This document shows positions 45,382 to 54,420 of a DNA stretch of 64,000 nt, piece after piece. The DNA is from an uncultured Leptospirales bacterium (GTDB lineage Bacteria > Spirochaetota > UBA4802 > UBA5550): positions 3,398 to 67,397 of the forward strand of contig CAZEJW010000004.1 of NCBI GenBank assembly GCA_964512685.1. The letters run 5' to 3'. The first letter of the stretch is position 1. Each line of letters opens with the position of its first letter. A program made the position numbers and the translations under genes. Below the pieces are notes generated by a model. The model saw only the letters and a program-made list of their open reading frames with translations. It ran no database searches and was not told the origin of the DNA.

Positions 45382-46116
45382 TTAAAGCCAGCCAAGAGGG
45401 ATAAAAACAGCCAGACTTGCAACAACTACAATCGCCATTATCGAAACGAATTTAATCTGATCTCTTGTCTGTTCCATATCATAAACATGATATGATACCA
45501 TCCAGAAGGGAAGGTATCCTGTGAGAAATATCAGCCATGGAAAAGAAGGCTTCCACCACCAGTAGTTCCATTTTAAAGCGCCAATAAGATTAAGGATTAT
45601 TTCAACAATAACGCACATCCAGGCCATAATGATTGCAATGAAATGGCGATTGTTGATCTTGCCAAAAACAAGTTTGTTTTTATCTTCTGGAAGAAGTTTT
45701 GTTCCTGCAATTCCCATAAGCAGGAACATAAAAATAATTTCGATATTCCATCCCATTAGAGGCTGATATGCTGTGGGATATGAACACATCCATACTGCCG
45801 AGAATTTTCCTGATGCTGTGAAAAAAAGACCGTTCCATATTTCATTGAAAGCATCCATCAGAAAAAAGGCAAGCCCTGCAAATACTGCTGAAAGATTTTT
45901 ATTTCTTATTTCATCGGAGTATGCATTTATTACAATCAGCAGCAGGGGAATCACATACCATTTAAAATAAGTATAGTCCCTTAGTATTGACTCTGCAAGT
46001 AATGTCCCTTCACCTTTGCCAGTGTAATCAACACAGCAGGGAATCAGCCATATGATGGCGTAACCGGCAGCAATAAGAATCCAAATTATTTTTTCCTGTC
46101 TGGATTTTTCTGTCAT
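45382..46116 (-). CDS. integral membrane protein of unknown function (~7 TM)
   Basis: 244 aa, Trp/aromatic-rich hydrophobic segments, no recognisable motif. Confidence 0.6.
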   Translation of the reverse strand: MTEKSRQEKIIWILIAAGYAIIWLIPCCVDYTGKGEGTLLAESILRDYTYFKWYVIPLLLIVINAYSDEIRNKNLSAVFAGLAFFLMDAFNEIWNGLFFTASGKFSAVWMCSYPTAYQPLMGWNIEIIFMFLLMGIAGTKLLPEDKNKLVFGKINNRHFIAIIMAWMCVIVEIILNLIGALKWNYWWWKPSFPWLIFLTGYLPFWMVSYHVYDMEQTRDQIKFVSIMAIVVVASLAVFIPLGWL

Positions 46117-46208
46117 TGATTTCTCCTTTTATATTGTAAGTGATAATATTTTAATATAAAAAAGTCAAACACAAACAGAAAAAGGAGATTATTGATTGGA
46201 GGAGAATG

Positions 46209-46239
46209 CACAGAGACGCAGTTCTGCTGCGTCTCTGTG
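46209..46239 (-). terminator. 13-bp perfect hairpin between the two membrane-protein genes (cacagagacgcag / ctgcgtctctgtg)
   Basis: Read directly, with no T-tract on either side. It could be an intra-operon attenuator or stabiliser. Confidence 0.45.
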
Positions 46240-46246
46240 TGTATGA

Positions 46247-47164
46247 TTATTGGTTTTCTGCAGCAATTTTTTGAAAAGCTGCAAGATCAGAGTGTACTTC
46301 TGTTGTTATTGGATTGCGCTTGTATTTGAATACTTTGTAGAAATGATAAATAAATACAGCGATATTGGAACCAATTGCAAGGATACTGATAAACATAAAT
46401 GCTGCCGGATCATTGCTTGCACCAACTGCAAATGTTCCTTTATCAAAGTAGCGTGAGAAGCACATTATAAACATCATCCATATTGCCAGAGTCTGGGCGC
46501 GGTGCTGAAGCCATGCTCCTTTCTTAATCATAAATGCAGGAAGTGTAGCAGAAATAAGAAGAGCGGCTCCCGCATAGAAAGCTCTGTGTGGAATACAGTT
46601 ATAAATATAAGCAAAGTTCCACAGATCATAAGCTATAACCCAGAACCACATCATGTCTGGCCATACCATATCACTGTGCTTGTCTTTACTGATGATTATC
46701 CCTGTCCATCCGGATATCGTGATAATACTGAGAATACCGGCAACTGCATTCATGATATTCCATGGGCCAACAAGATATGTGACACCATCGATATTGCCAT
46801 TACATGCATAGAATTGAAATTCCCGGGCTACAGCTTCCATGATATTTACTGCCAGAATAAATGCAGGGAAGAAGAGGGCAAGTTTATTGGTTTGTAATTT
46901 TTTGATAAACCTAAGAAAAAGGAATCCAAGAGCTCCTGCAAGGCATGAATAGACTTTTGCCCAGTGGAACCAGTTCCCAACACTGCTGTCACTGCCTGCC
47001 GTTTTGGGCCATACTGTAAACGTAAGAACAATCGGAAGAACAAGAAATATCGCAAGAGAAAACCATTTGTTCAATCTGGCGATTTCATTCACCAGCATGA
47101 GTCCACCAAGTACTACGAACCACATTATTGCTGAATACCATGGGATTGATTCAAATAAAAACAT
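46247..47164 (-). CDS. integral membrane protein of unknown function (~9 TM)
   Basis: 305 aa, hydrophobic throughout. Preceded by an SD ('ggaggc') and the palindromic operator candidate. Confidence 0.6.
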   Translation of the reverse strand: MFLFESIPWYSAIMWFVVLGGLMLVNEIARLNKWFSLAIFLVLPIVLTFTVWPKTAGSDSSVGNWFHWAKVYSCLAGALGFLFLRFIKKLQTNKLALFFPAFILAVNIMEAVAREFQFYACNGNIDGVTYLVGPWNIMNAVAGILSIITISGWTGIIISKDKHSDMVWPDMMWFWVIAYDLWNFAYIYNCIPHRAFYAGAALLISATLPAFMIKKGAWLQHRAQTLAIWMMFIMCFSRYFDKGTFAVGASNDPAAFMFISILAIGSNIAVFIYHFYKVFKYKRNPITTEVHSDLAAFQKIAAENQ

Positions 47165-47196
47165 TTTTGAGCCTCCATAGATTGGATAAAATCATC

Positions 47197-47208
47197 GATA
47201 ATCGATTA
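47197..47208. promoter_or_regulatory. 12-bp perfect palindrome ATAATCGATTAT (operator candidate), with a second core AATCGATT at 47220-47227
   Basis: Located 33 nt upstream of the 305-aa membrane protein start. An identical 12-mer occurs at 48313-48324. Confidence 0.5.
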
Positions 47209-47324
47209 TGTATCAAAGAAAATCGATTGATGTGGAGTGTCAAGTTTAAATTAATTTTTTTAAATCAGCATCCTTTGATATTGTTATTAATAAAGTAAAA
47301 AGCAGGAGAGGGATAAGTCCGAAT

Positions 47325-47996
47325 TCAGAAATCAAGACCACCTTTTTTGAATATTTCAAGAGCTACTTTTTTTTCGTATTCAGCACCCTTGCGGTTATTC
47401 ATTGCTGCACCTTCTTCATCCCCCGCTTTTATTCTTTCTGCTGCATTTCTGAGAAGTTCATATATTGTTGAAAGACCTTCAATGTCACGCTTTAAAAGAG
47501 ACATGTATTCAATCCGTCTGATACTCGGAACTATATCAAGAACCATTTCCTCAAGAATCGGGTCATAAGCACACTTGAGGCAGAAGAGCCCCCATTCAAA
47601 ATATGCATCATTGAACTTGAATACATCCTTCATCTTATAATATTTTTCAAGTTCGTCAATCATTGTGGAAATTTCCAGAATATCTTTTTCTGTGGCTTTT
47701 CTTACTGTCTTCCTGGTGGCAAGGGCAACCAGCTCCATGAAAATGTCGAACATTGATTCAATGAAGTCTTCTGTAATTTCAGAGACAAATGTTCCGTGTC
47801 TGGGTATCAGTTTAACGAGTTTGCGTTTTTCAAGAATCCGAATCGCTTCTCTTACAGGGCTCTGACTAACGCCCATTTCCTCGGCAATTTTTGTTTCTAC
47901 TATTCTTTCACCGGGCCGCAGTTCCAGCCTGGTTATTTTATCACCTAAATGATTTGCAATTTGCTCAGATAATGTTTTTGAAGGCAGAAATTTCAT
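47325..47996 (-). CDS. GntR-family (FadR/FCD-type) transcriptional regulator
   Basis: 223 aa. wHTH 'GERIVETKIAEEMGVSQSPVREAIRILEKRKLV...PRHGTFV' plus an all-helical C-terminal domain. Confidence 0.88.
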   Translation of the reverse strand: MKFLPSKTLSEQIANHLGDKITRLELRPGERIVETKIAEEMGVSQSPVREAIRILEKRKLVKLIPRHGTFVSEITEDFIESMFDIFMELVALATRKTVRKATEKDILEISTMIDELEKYYKMKDVFKFNDAYFEWGLFCLKCAYDPILEEMVLDIVPSIRRIEYMSLLKRDIEGLSTIYELLRNAAERIKAGDEEGAAMNNRKGAEYEKKVALEIFKKGGLDF

Positions 47997-48312
47997 TTAA
48001 TTCACCATTATTTTTTATTTTTGAAAGAGTATTTACTTAACCTGGAAAATTTGTTTTGAGTATGGACAAACTTCTTTATGATCAGTGCCGGTTGTTTTAT
48101 TTCGATAAAAATGGTATGCTGATCAACTTGCAGTAAATTCTTCTCTTCTGTCAAATAATTTACCGAAATGCTTCCCCTTACAGGTTCAGTGGCATCGGCA
48201 GCAGGGTGTTTGCTTTTGGAGTTATTTATTTTTTTTCTGACATTGTTCTCAGGTTTATCAGTTTATATTCTTGACATCCTGAATATACTGATAGATCTGG
48301 TTTTTATGATAT

Positions 48313-48324
48313 ATAATCGATTAT
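48313..48324. promoter_or_regulatory. second copy of the 12-bp palindrome ATAATCGATTAT
   Basis: Located 21 nt upstream of the OMP gene ATG (48345), overlapping its SD-proximal leader. Confidence 0.5.
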
Positions 48325-48344
48325 CAATTATCGAGAGGTGCTAA

Positions 48345-49703
48345 ATGAAAAATTTAAAGTTTTTAATCCTGCCGGCAGTACTGGTAATGCTGGCATCAGG
48401 AAATTTGTTTGCCAGCCACTATGATTTTATAACAAATCTTAGTGCTGAATTTACAACCAGTCCAACAAGAATGGCTGTAACAGATTCTGCTGATGCAGCA
48501 TACTACAACCCGGCAGGAACAGTTTTTATGAAAGATGGCCTGTATCTCAATGCATCAAATATGACAATTCTTAATTATTATGATGTAAAGGTGAAGGATG
48601 GATACTCAGGGCAGACTCATTTTAAACAGGGAAAGCCAAGCCCTGTTGTTCCAAACGCTTACATTGTTTACAAGCAGGATGACTGGGCTGCTTTTCTTGC
48701 TGTTAACACTCTTTGCGGTGGAGGAAGTCTTTACTGGGCTAATGGTCTTCCCTCTGCGAATGAAAGCATCAGAGCCATGGCTTTCCAGAATGGATTTGGC
48801 TCTTTAAGTTCTGAAATTGTAACTGCTGTTGGAAATCCTGATACGGATCTCAATGGATCAGTAAATATTGGTGTTAGCTCGGTAGGTTTCGGAACGACTA
48901 TTGGAGCTTCATACAAACTCTACGAAAACGTATCCGTTTCACTTGGAATCAGAGAAATACACATGATGAAAACCGCAAAGGTCGATTTCGCGCAGGCAGG
49001 CACCACCGGTTTTAAAGCTACTCTGATGGATATTGAGTGGAATGCTGATGGATTCACAGGCGTTATTGGTGCTCATTTCAGAGTGAATAAAAAGCTGAAT
49101 GTTGGCCTTAATCTGGAAGGTCCAGCTTATCTTGAGTATAAGGTGGATGTAAAAAAAGATGCATCAAGCGGATCAGGACTTACAAAGGGGATGGGGTTTC
49201 CTGATGGTGGAAAGTTCAGGTATGATCTGCCTGCCAAGTTCAATGTCGGGGCTGAATACAAAATTACTGAAGATTTCAAGATAATGGCTTCAGGAATATA
49301 CTTTTTGTCTAAATGGACAAAGTACGAAAAGCTCGACAAGAATGGGAATAGGGTTAAGCTGGATGGTACTCATTCATATGAGATTTCAGCAGGTTTTGAA
49401 TGGCAGTTTGTGAAAAATTTTGCATGGTCTGCGGGTATTGACTGGAATTTCATCAATCAGACAGATGAAATTGCTAATGAGCTTCTTTATAAAAATGATG
49501 CTGTTATTATCTGTACAGGTTTTACAGCATATGTGAATGACGATACAAAGCTTATTGTCGGTTTTATGAGAAATGTTTATCCGGATATGGACATCAAAGA
49601 CAAGACTCTTGGAGTATCTTCTTCAGGAAAGCGGTATTATGATACAACCTATCAGAAAAAGGCATATACTGTGGCAGTAGGACTTCAGTACAGATTTTTG
49701 TAG
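48345..49703 (+). CDS. outer-membrane beta-barrel, FadL/TodX-like hydrophobic-compound channel
   Basis: 452 aa with a signal peptide. 'DSADAAYYNPAG', alternating beta-strand pattern, and a C-terminal 'GLQYRFL' aromatic terminus. Confidence 0.65.
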   Translation: MKNLKFLILPAVLVMLASGNLFASHYDFITNLSAEFTTSPTRMAVTDSADAAYYNPAGTVFMKDGLYLNASNMTILNYYDVKVKDGYSGQTHFKQGKPSPVVPNAYIVYKQDDWAAFLAVNTLCGGGSLYWANGLPSANESIRAMAFQNGFGSLSSEIVTAVGNPDTDLNGSVNIGVSSVGFGTTIGASYKLYENVSVSLGIREIHMMKTAKVDFAQAGTTGFKATLMDIEWNADGFTGVIGAHFRVNKKLNVGLNLEGPAYLEYKVDVKKDASSGSGLTKGMGFPDGGKFRYDLPAKFNVGAEYKITEDFKIMASGIYFLSKWTKYEKLDKNGNRVKLDGTHSYEISAGFEWQFVKNFAWSAGIDWNFINQTDEIANELLYKNDAVIICTGFTAYVNDDTKLIVGFMRNVYPDMDIKDKTLGVSSSGKRYYDTTYQKKAYTVAVGLQYRFL

Positions 49704-49731
49704 AAAGTAATAACATTAATCAGCAAATTAC

Positions 49732-49775
49732 ATGGGCAGGAAATGGCGATCTGTTTCCTGCCCATATTCTCCTTT
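49732..49775 (+). terminator. intrinsic terminator after the OMP gene
   Basis: 12-bp stem atgggcaggaaa/tttcctgcccat with a 10-nt loop, followed by 'attctccttttt'. Confidence 0.7.
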
Positions 49776-49918
49776 TTATAAACTTTTCGCTTTGAATTAT
49801 TTTCTGCAGTCTTCATCATTTTTAAATAAGGAATTAATTTAGATTTGACATACTACTGCCGAATGTTTAATTTTTTATATTAAAATATATTCATTCGTAA
49901 TTTGAAGGAGGGTCTATT

Positions 49919-50680
49919 ATGGGTAGCTATAATTATGAAACAATTGATGTAAGTGTTCTGGAAGGTATAATGACCTGTGCGTTAAACAGGCCTGACAATC
50001 TGAATTCTATTAACAGAAAGATGCTTGAAGAACTGATCGATCTTTGCGAAAAGCTGATGTTTGATATGGAAATCAGGGTATTGATTCTGAAGGGGAATGG
50101 AGACAAAGGATTCAGTAGTGGATTCGATATTGCTGATATTTTTCAGCCTCAGACACTTCAGGAGGGATATAATTATTCAAGCCGTTTTGCAGATATAATA
50201 ATGAAACTCAGAAGGATCCCGCAGCCGGTTATTTCGGCGGTTCATGGCCCTGCAATTGGTGCAGGTTTTTGCATGGTTCTTGCTTCTGATATCCGTGTAA
50301 TTTCTACTGATTCTCGTTTTTCTACCTATTTTATCAGGGTTGGTATTGGCGGTGCTGATATGGGATGCAGTTATTTTCTGCCGAGGCTTATTGGTGGAGG
50401 ACGGGCAAACGAGTATATGCTTACGGGTAAGTTTATGGGAGCTCAGGATGCAATGAATCTGGGGCTTTGTTCAAGACTGGTTGAAAAAGATGAAATTACT
50501 GCAACAGCTGAAGAGATTGCCAGGGATATTTCAGCAAAGGATCCATTGGCAGTAAGAGTAACAAAAGAAGCGATAAATGCGAATCTTGAGGCAACTGATC
50601 TTCACAGTGCAATGCAGTTCGAAAACAGAAATCAGACTGTAATGATGGCATGGCAACAGAGCAAGGCGCTTCAAAACTGA
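49919..50680 (+). CDS. enoyl-CoA hydratase/isomerase (crotonase) family protein
   Basis: 253 aa. 'GFSSGFDI' and 'AVHGPAIGAGFCMVLASDIRV'. Confidence 0.88.
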   Translation: MGSYNYETIDVSVLEGIMTCALNRPDNLNSINRKMLEELIDLCEKLMFDMEIRVLILKGNGDKGFSSGFDIADIFQPQTLQEGYNYSSRFADIIMKLRRIPQPVISAVHGPAIGAGFCMVLASDIRVISTDSRFSTYFIRVGIGGADMGCSYFLPRLIGGGRANEYMLTGKFMGAQDAMNLGLCSRLVEKDEITATAEEIARDISAKDPLAVRVTKEAINANLEATDLHSAMQFENRNQTVMMAWQQSKALQN

Positions 50681-50727
50681 TTGGTATTAAGAATAAGTTT
50701 TTAGCATTATAAAGGGGATGAGGATTC

Positions 50728-51153
50728 TTACGCATTCCCTTTATTCAGTAGTTCACTTGCCAGCCATTCCTGAGCTGATTTTAGATCATTGAAAAAATTG
50801 TTAATTTCAGGATACCGGCTTTTACGGATCTTCCTGTCAAAATGTTCGACGCAGGCAGTAATCATACTCTTTTCTTTAAGAATGAATGCAATTCTGATGA
50901 AGCCTTTTTCTTCCATGAATTCAAGTATCTGCTTTTCCACGTATTCCTGATCTTTTGGAGCAACAACACGTTGTTCCGTAACATCGCTAATAATCGTGTA
51001 GCGGCCATGTTTCCTGAGGTAATTCATTACAAAATCGACGGCTTTTCTGAAATCATCGCCTGGAATGAATCCCACCCATTTCTGATAAATACATTGCGGG
51101 CTTTCCAGGTGATAAAAGGATATGTTTGTGCTGTTGTAGATCTGCATATTCAT
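50728..51153 (-). CDS. hypothetical protein (possibly a STAS/SpoIIAA-like fold)
   Basis: 141-aa ORF with coding-like composition and no diagnostic motif. Confidence 0.4.
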   Translation of the reverse strand: MNMQIYNSTNISFYHLESPQCIYQKWVGFIPGDDFRKAVDFVMNYLRKHGRYTIISDVTEQRVVAPKDQEYVEKQILEFMEEKGFIRIAFILKEKSMITACVEHFDRKIRKSRYPEINNFFNDLKSAQEWLASELLNKGNA

Positions 51154-51215
51154 TTTGTAAAATTATTGTTTCAAATTTTACTAAGATATTCCCGATCTGT
51201 AGTGTCAAGGAATAA

Positions 51216-51503
51216 TTAGGATATGACATTGACAAGGATGCAACAACCAGAGGCATTGATCAGCTTATTGAAAGGGGCCTGGCTGAGAGAAAGGTTAATC
51301 CTGCAAAAAGAAGAATGAATCTTATCATTGGCACAGAAAAGGCTTTCGCTATCAGGGATGCTTTTTTTAATAGTCTCAGATCCCCTTATAAAATATGATT
51401 GAAGGATTTCTCTGTAAAAGAAAAAAAAGAGACTCTTGCTTTGCTTGATCGAATGATAAAAATGCTGTTGATGCAAAAAATAATATCTACCTTCCTGTCT
51501 TGA
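51216..51503 (+). pseudogene. remnant of a MarR-family regulator (C-terminal ~95 codons only, interrupted by an in-frame TGA at 51396)
   Basis: The translation '..DKDATTRGIDQLIERGLAERKVNPAKRRMNLIIGTEKAFAIRDAFF..*LKDFSVKEKKETLALLDRMIKML' matches the wing and C-terminal helices of MarR. There is no room or frame for the N-terminal half, and the remnant sits directly upstream of an MFS efflux gene. Confidence 0.5.
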
Positions 51504-51546
51504 TAGATTATAAGAATTTTGGTGAAAAAAGTAACCCGGAGAAAAA

Positions 51547-52932
51547 ATGGAAAATTACGATAGAAAATCTGCGATTTATACATTGATGACATCCACAATA
51601 GCCTCATTTATGGGACCTTTCATGATATCTTCTGTCAATCTCGCACTCCCTTCAATTGAGAAAGAGTTTGCAGCTGATGCGGTTCTGCTAAGCTGGACTG
51701 TCACTTCATTTGTTCTTTCCTATGCGGTTTTTATGATTCCTTTCGGGAGATTTGCAGAAATTGCTGGTAGAAAAAAGATTTTTTTTAATGGAGTGGTTGT
51801 GTTCACTCTTTCTTCCTTTGTGGCACCATTCTCATTTAATATATGGATGTTCCTTGGCTGCAGATTCGTACAGGGTATTGGAAGCGCTATGATTTCTACA
51901 AGCGGGCTGGCCATTCTTACGTCGGTTTTCCCGGCAGCTAAACGGGGAAGGGTGCTTGGAATAAATACAGCAGCCGTATATATCGGTATCTCAGCCGGTC
52001 CGTTTGTTGGCGGGCTTCTGGTGAAAAATCTTGGATGGGAAAGTATTTTTTTTGCTGTTGTCCCAATTGGTATTATAGTGGCTATTCTGATAAAAACAAT
52101 GATCCAGGGAGAATGGGCTCATTCTTCTGGAGAAAGTTTTGATATGAAGGGTGCTGTTGTTTATGGTTCATCTCTGGTGTTTGTACTGATAGGTTCAACT
52201 TTGCTGCCGAATTTATCCAGCGCTTTTTTTTTCGTGGCAGGAGTCACTGCAATATTATATTTTGTCATACATGAGCTTGCTGTGAAGTATCCTGTCTTTG
52301 AGGTTAGACTTTTTAGGCAGAACAGAGTTTTTGCTTTTTCAAATATTGCAGCTTTGATCAATTACAGTTCAACTGCATGTGTTGCATTTCTGCTTAGTCT
52401 CTATCTTCAAAAGGTCAAGGGCTTCGATCCAGCTGCTGCGGGATCAATTATGGTGGTGCAGCCACTTATTATGGCTGTTTTTTCTCCTGCTGCCGGAAGG
52501 CTGTCTGACAGGGTAGAGCCCAGGCAACTTGCGTCATTCGGAATGGGACTTTCTGCAGCAGGTCTTCTGATGCTCTCATCTCTCTCGCAGGACTCATCGC
52601 TGCTGAGAATTATTTCAAGCCTCGTAATACTTGGTATTGGTTTTTCACTCTTTTCTTCCCCTAATATGAATTCAATAATGAGCTCTGTTGAAAACAGGTA
52701 TTATGGTACTGCATCTGCTTCTGCCGGAACAATGCGCGTTGTCGGCCAGATCCTCAGCATGAGTATGACAATTATTGTCTTTTCTATTCTTATAGGAAGA
52801 AGTGAAATCACTCCTGATAAATATCCCGGTTTTTTAAAAAGCATGAATATTATTTTTATTGTATCAGCAATTTTATGTTTTATCGGGGTATTCTTTTCCA
52901 TGGCAAGAGGTGAACTCAGGAAGAAGGAGTAA
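51547..52932 (+). CDS. MFS transporter, DHA2/EmrB-like (14 TM)
   Basis: 461 aa. Motif A-like 'GRFAEIAGRKKIF' and 14 hydrophobic segments. Confidence 0.85.
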   Translation: MENYDRKSAIYTLMTSTIASFMGPFMISSVNLALPSIEKEFAADAVLLSWTVTSFVLSYAVFMIPFGRFAEIAGRKKIFFNGVVVFTLSSFVAPFSFNIWMFLGCRFVQGIGSAMISTSGLAILTSVFPAAKRGRVLGINTAAVYIGISAGPFVGGLLVKNLGWESIFFAVVPIGIIVAILIKTMIQGEWAHSSGESFDMKGAVVYGSSLVFVLIGSTLLPNLSSAFFFVAGVTAILYFVIHELAVKYPVFEVRLFRQNRVFAFSNIAALINYSSTACVAFLLSLYLQKVKGFDPAAAGSIMVVQPLIMAVFSPAAGRLSDRVEPRQLASFGMGLSAAGLLMLSSLSQDSSLLRIISSLVILGIGFSLFSSPNMNSIMSSVENRYYGTASASAGTMRVVGQILSMSMTIIVFSILIGRSEITPDKYPGFLKSMNIIFIVSAILCFIGVFFSMARGELRKKE

Positions 52933-53067
52933 TTGAATCTGCCGGATAATTATCAGTGAAAATAATGATTGAAAATATTGGATTTTGCATTTAATATTGT
53001 ATCTCTGGAAATTTTTTATATAAATTTCATGCAGGCGGGTATTCTCTTTTGATAAACGTAACACAAA

Positions 53068-54201
53068 ATGGTGTGTATGACTGAAAAAATCCGTATAGCA
53101 CTGATTATTCTTTTACTGGCTCTTCTTTATTTTCTTCTTGGCAAATTTGCGTTTATTTTTGCCATTTCATACAAGACTGTAACCAGCGCAATATTCTTCT
53201 CTGAAGGAGTTGCCCTGGCTTTCATCCTTCTTTATGGTAAAAAGGTCTGGCCCGGAATTTTTATTGGACAGATGCTGCTTGCTGCAACCACTGATCTTTC
53301 TCTGGCTGCATCAATATTTATAGCCGCAGGTAATAGTATTGAAGCACTGGCAGGGTTTTGTATTCTAAAAAAAATGAAAATCAGTAAAAGCATAGATTCA
53401 CTCAGGGATTATTTGATACTGGTTTTTGTAATCTTTGGTTTCCTGCAGCCACTGAGCGCCGTTTTTGGTGTAAGTACACTGTATTTTTTTGGTGTTTTGA
53501 GTGCTCCTGATATTTTATCAGGATTCACTTACTGGTGGATTGGAAATTCTATGGGTCAGCTTCTTTTCACTCCTCTTCTTCTTGCTGTTATTGGTTTTCT
53601 GAGAAAAGGGCAGGATAACTTAAAGGATAAAATTTCAGCCAGCATAATATCCGCAATAAGTATTGGATTCGTGTCTATCCTGATATTTTGCTTCTGGGGG
53701 ACCAGTGTCGCATTACAGAATATTCATGCTTTCTTTCTGATTCTTCCTGTTGTTATTATTCTTGCTTTGAAGTACGATTTTACAGGAGCCGTTACCTCCA
53801 GCCTGGTGATTTCAATTATAGCACAGATTTTCACTGTGAAACATGCAGGGCCATTCACAGGTGTTGATGTACAATCAAATTTAATATCTCTTAATGTTTT
53901 TATAATCAGCATAACACTCTCCGCCGGTTTTACTGGTATTCTTTTTTATGAAAGAAAGCAAAATGAAATCAGACTTCAGCAGGCAGTCAATGAAATCAGA
54001 ACACTGCAGGGAATTCTGCCAATCTGCAGTTACTGCAAGAAAATAAGGAATGATGAAGGTTCATGGGAGCAACTGGAATCATATATTATGCATCATTCTG
54101 AAGCAGAATTTTCTCATGGATTATGTAATGACTGTTATGAAAAATATTATGCCGACAAAGACTCTCATGAAGGGACAGATAATAAAAAAAAGAAATCATG
54201 A
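53068..54201 (+). CDS. MASE1-type membrane sensor fused to a short Cys/His-rich C-terminal module
   Basis: 377 aa. About 8 TM segments with a MASE1-like pattern ('VWPGIFIGQMLL', 'AAGNSIEALAGF'), then a coiled linker, then 'LPICSYCKKIRNDEGSWEQLESYIMHHSEAEFSHGLCNDCYEKYY'. Confidence 0.7.
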   Translation: MVCMTEKIRIALIILLLALLYFLLGKFAFIFAISYKTVTSAIFFSEGVALAFILLYGKKVWPGIFIGQMLLAATTDLSLAASIFIAAGNSIEALAGFCILKKMKISKSIDSLRDYLILVFVIFGFLQPLSAVFGVSTLYFFGVLSAPDILSGFTYWWIGNSMGQLLFTPLLLAVIGFLRKGQDNLKDKISASIISAISIGFVSILIFCFWGTSVALQNIHAFFLILPVVIILALKYDFTGAVTSSLVISIIAQIFTVKHAGPFTGVDVQSNLISLNVFIISITLSAGFTGILFYERKQNEIRLQQAVNEIRTLQGILPICSYCKKIRNDEGSWEQLESYIMHHSEAEFSHGLCNDCYEKYYADKDSHEGTDNKKKKS

Positions 54202-54420
54202 AATTAACTAATTGTGGTCAGAATTATTGTAACCGCTTTTCTGATTTTATCCCTTATAAGCTGTCCTGAAATAAAAATCGTTTACATATATCACACTATT
54301 TATAATTTAGTTTTTAGATTGATCGATTTTATGATAAAATCATAGTATTTATCTTAAATCAGGCTGTTTTTTCTTTTAATTGAAATTCAGGACCAGGCAT
54401 TTGAAAAATGAGGTTTTTTT

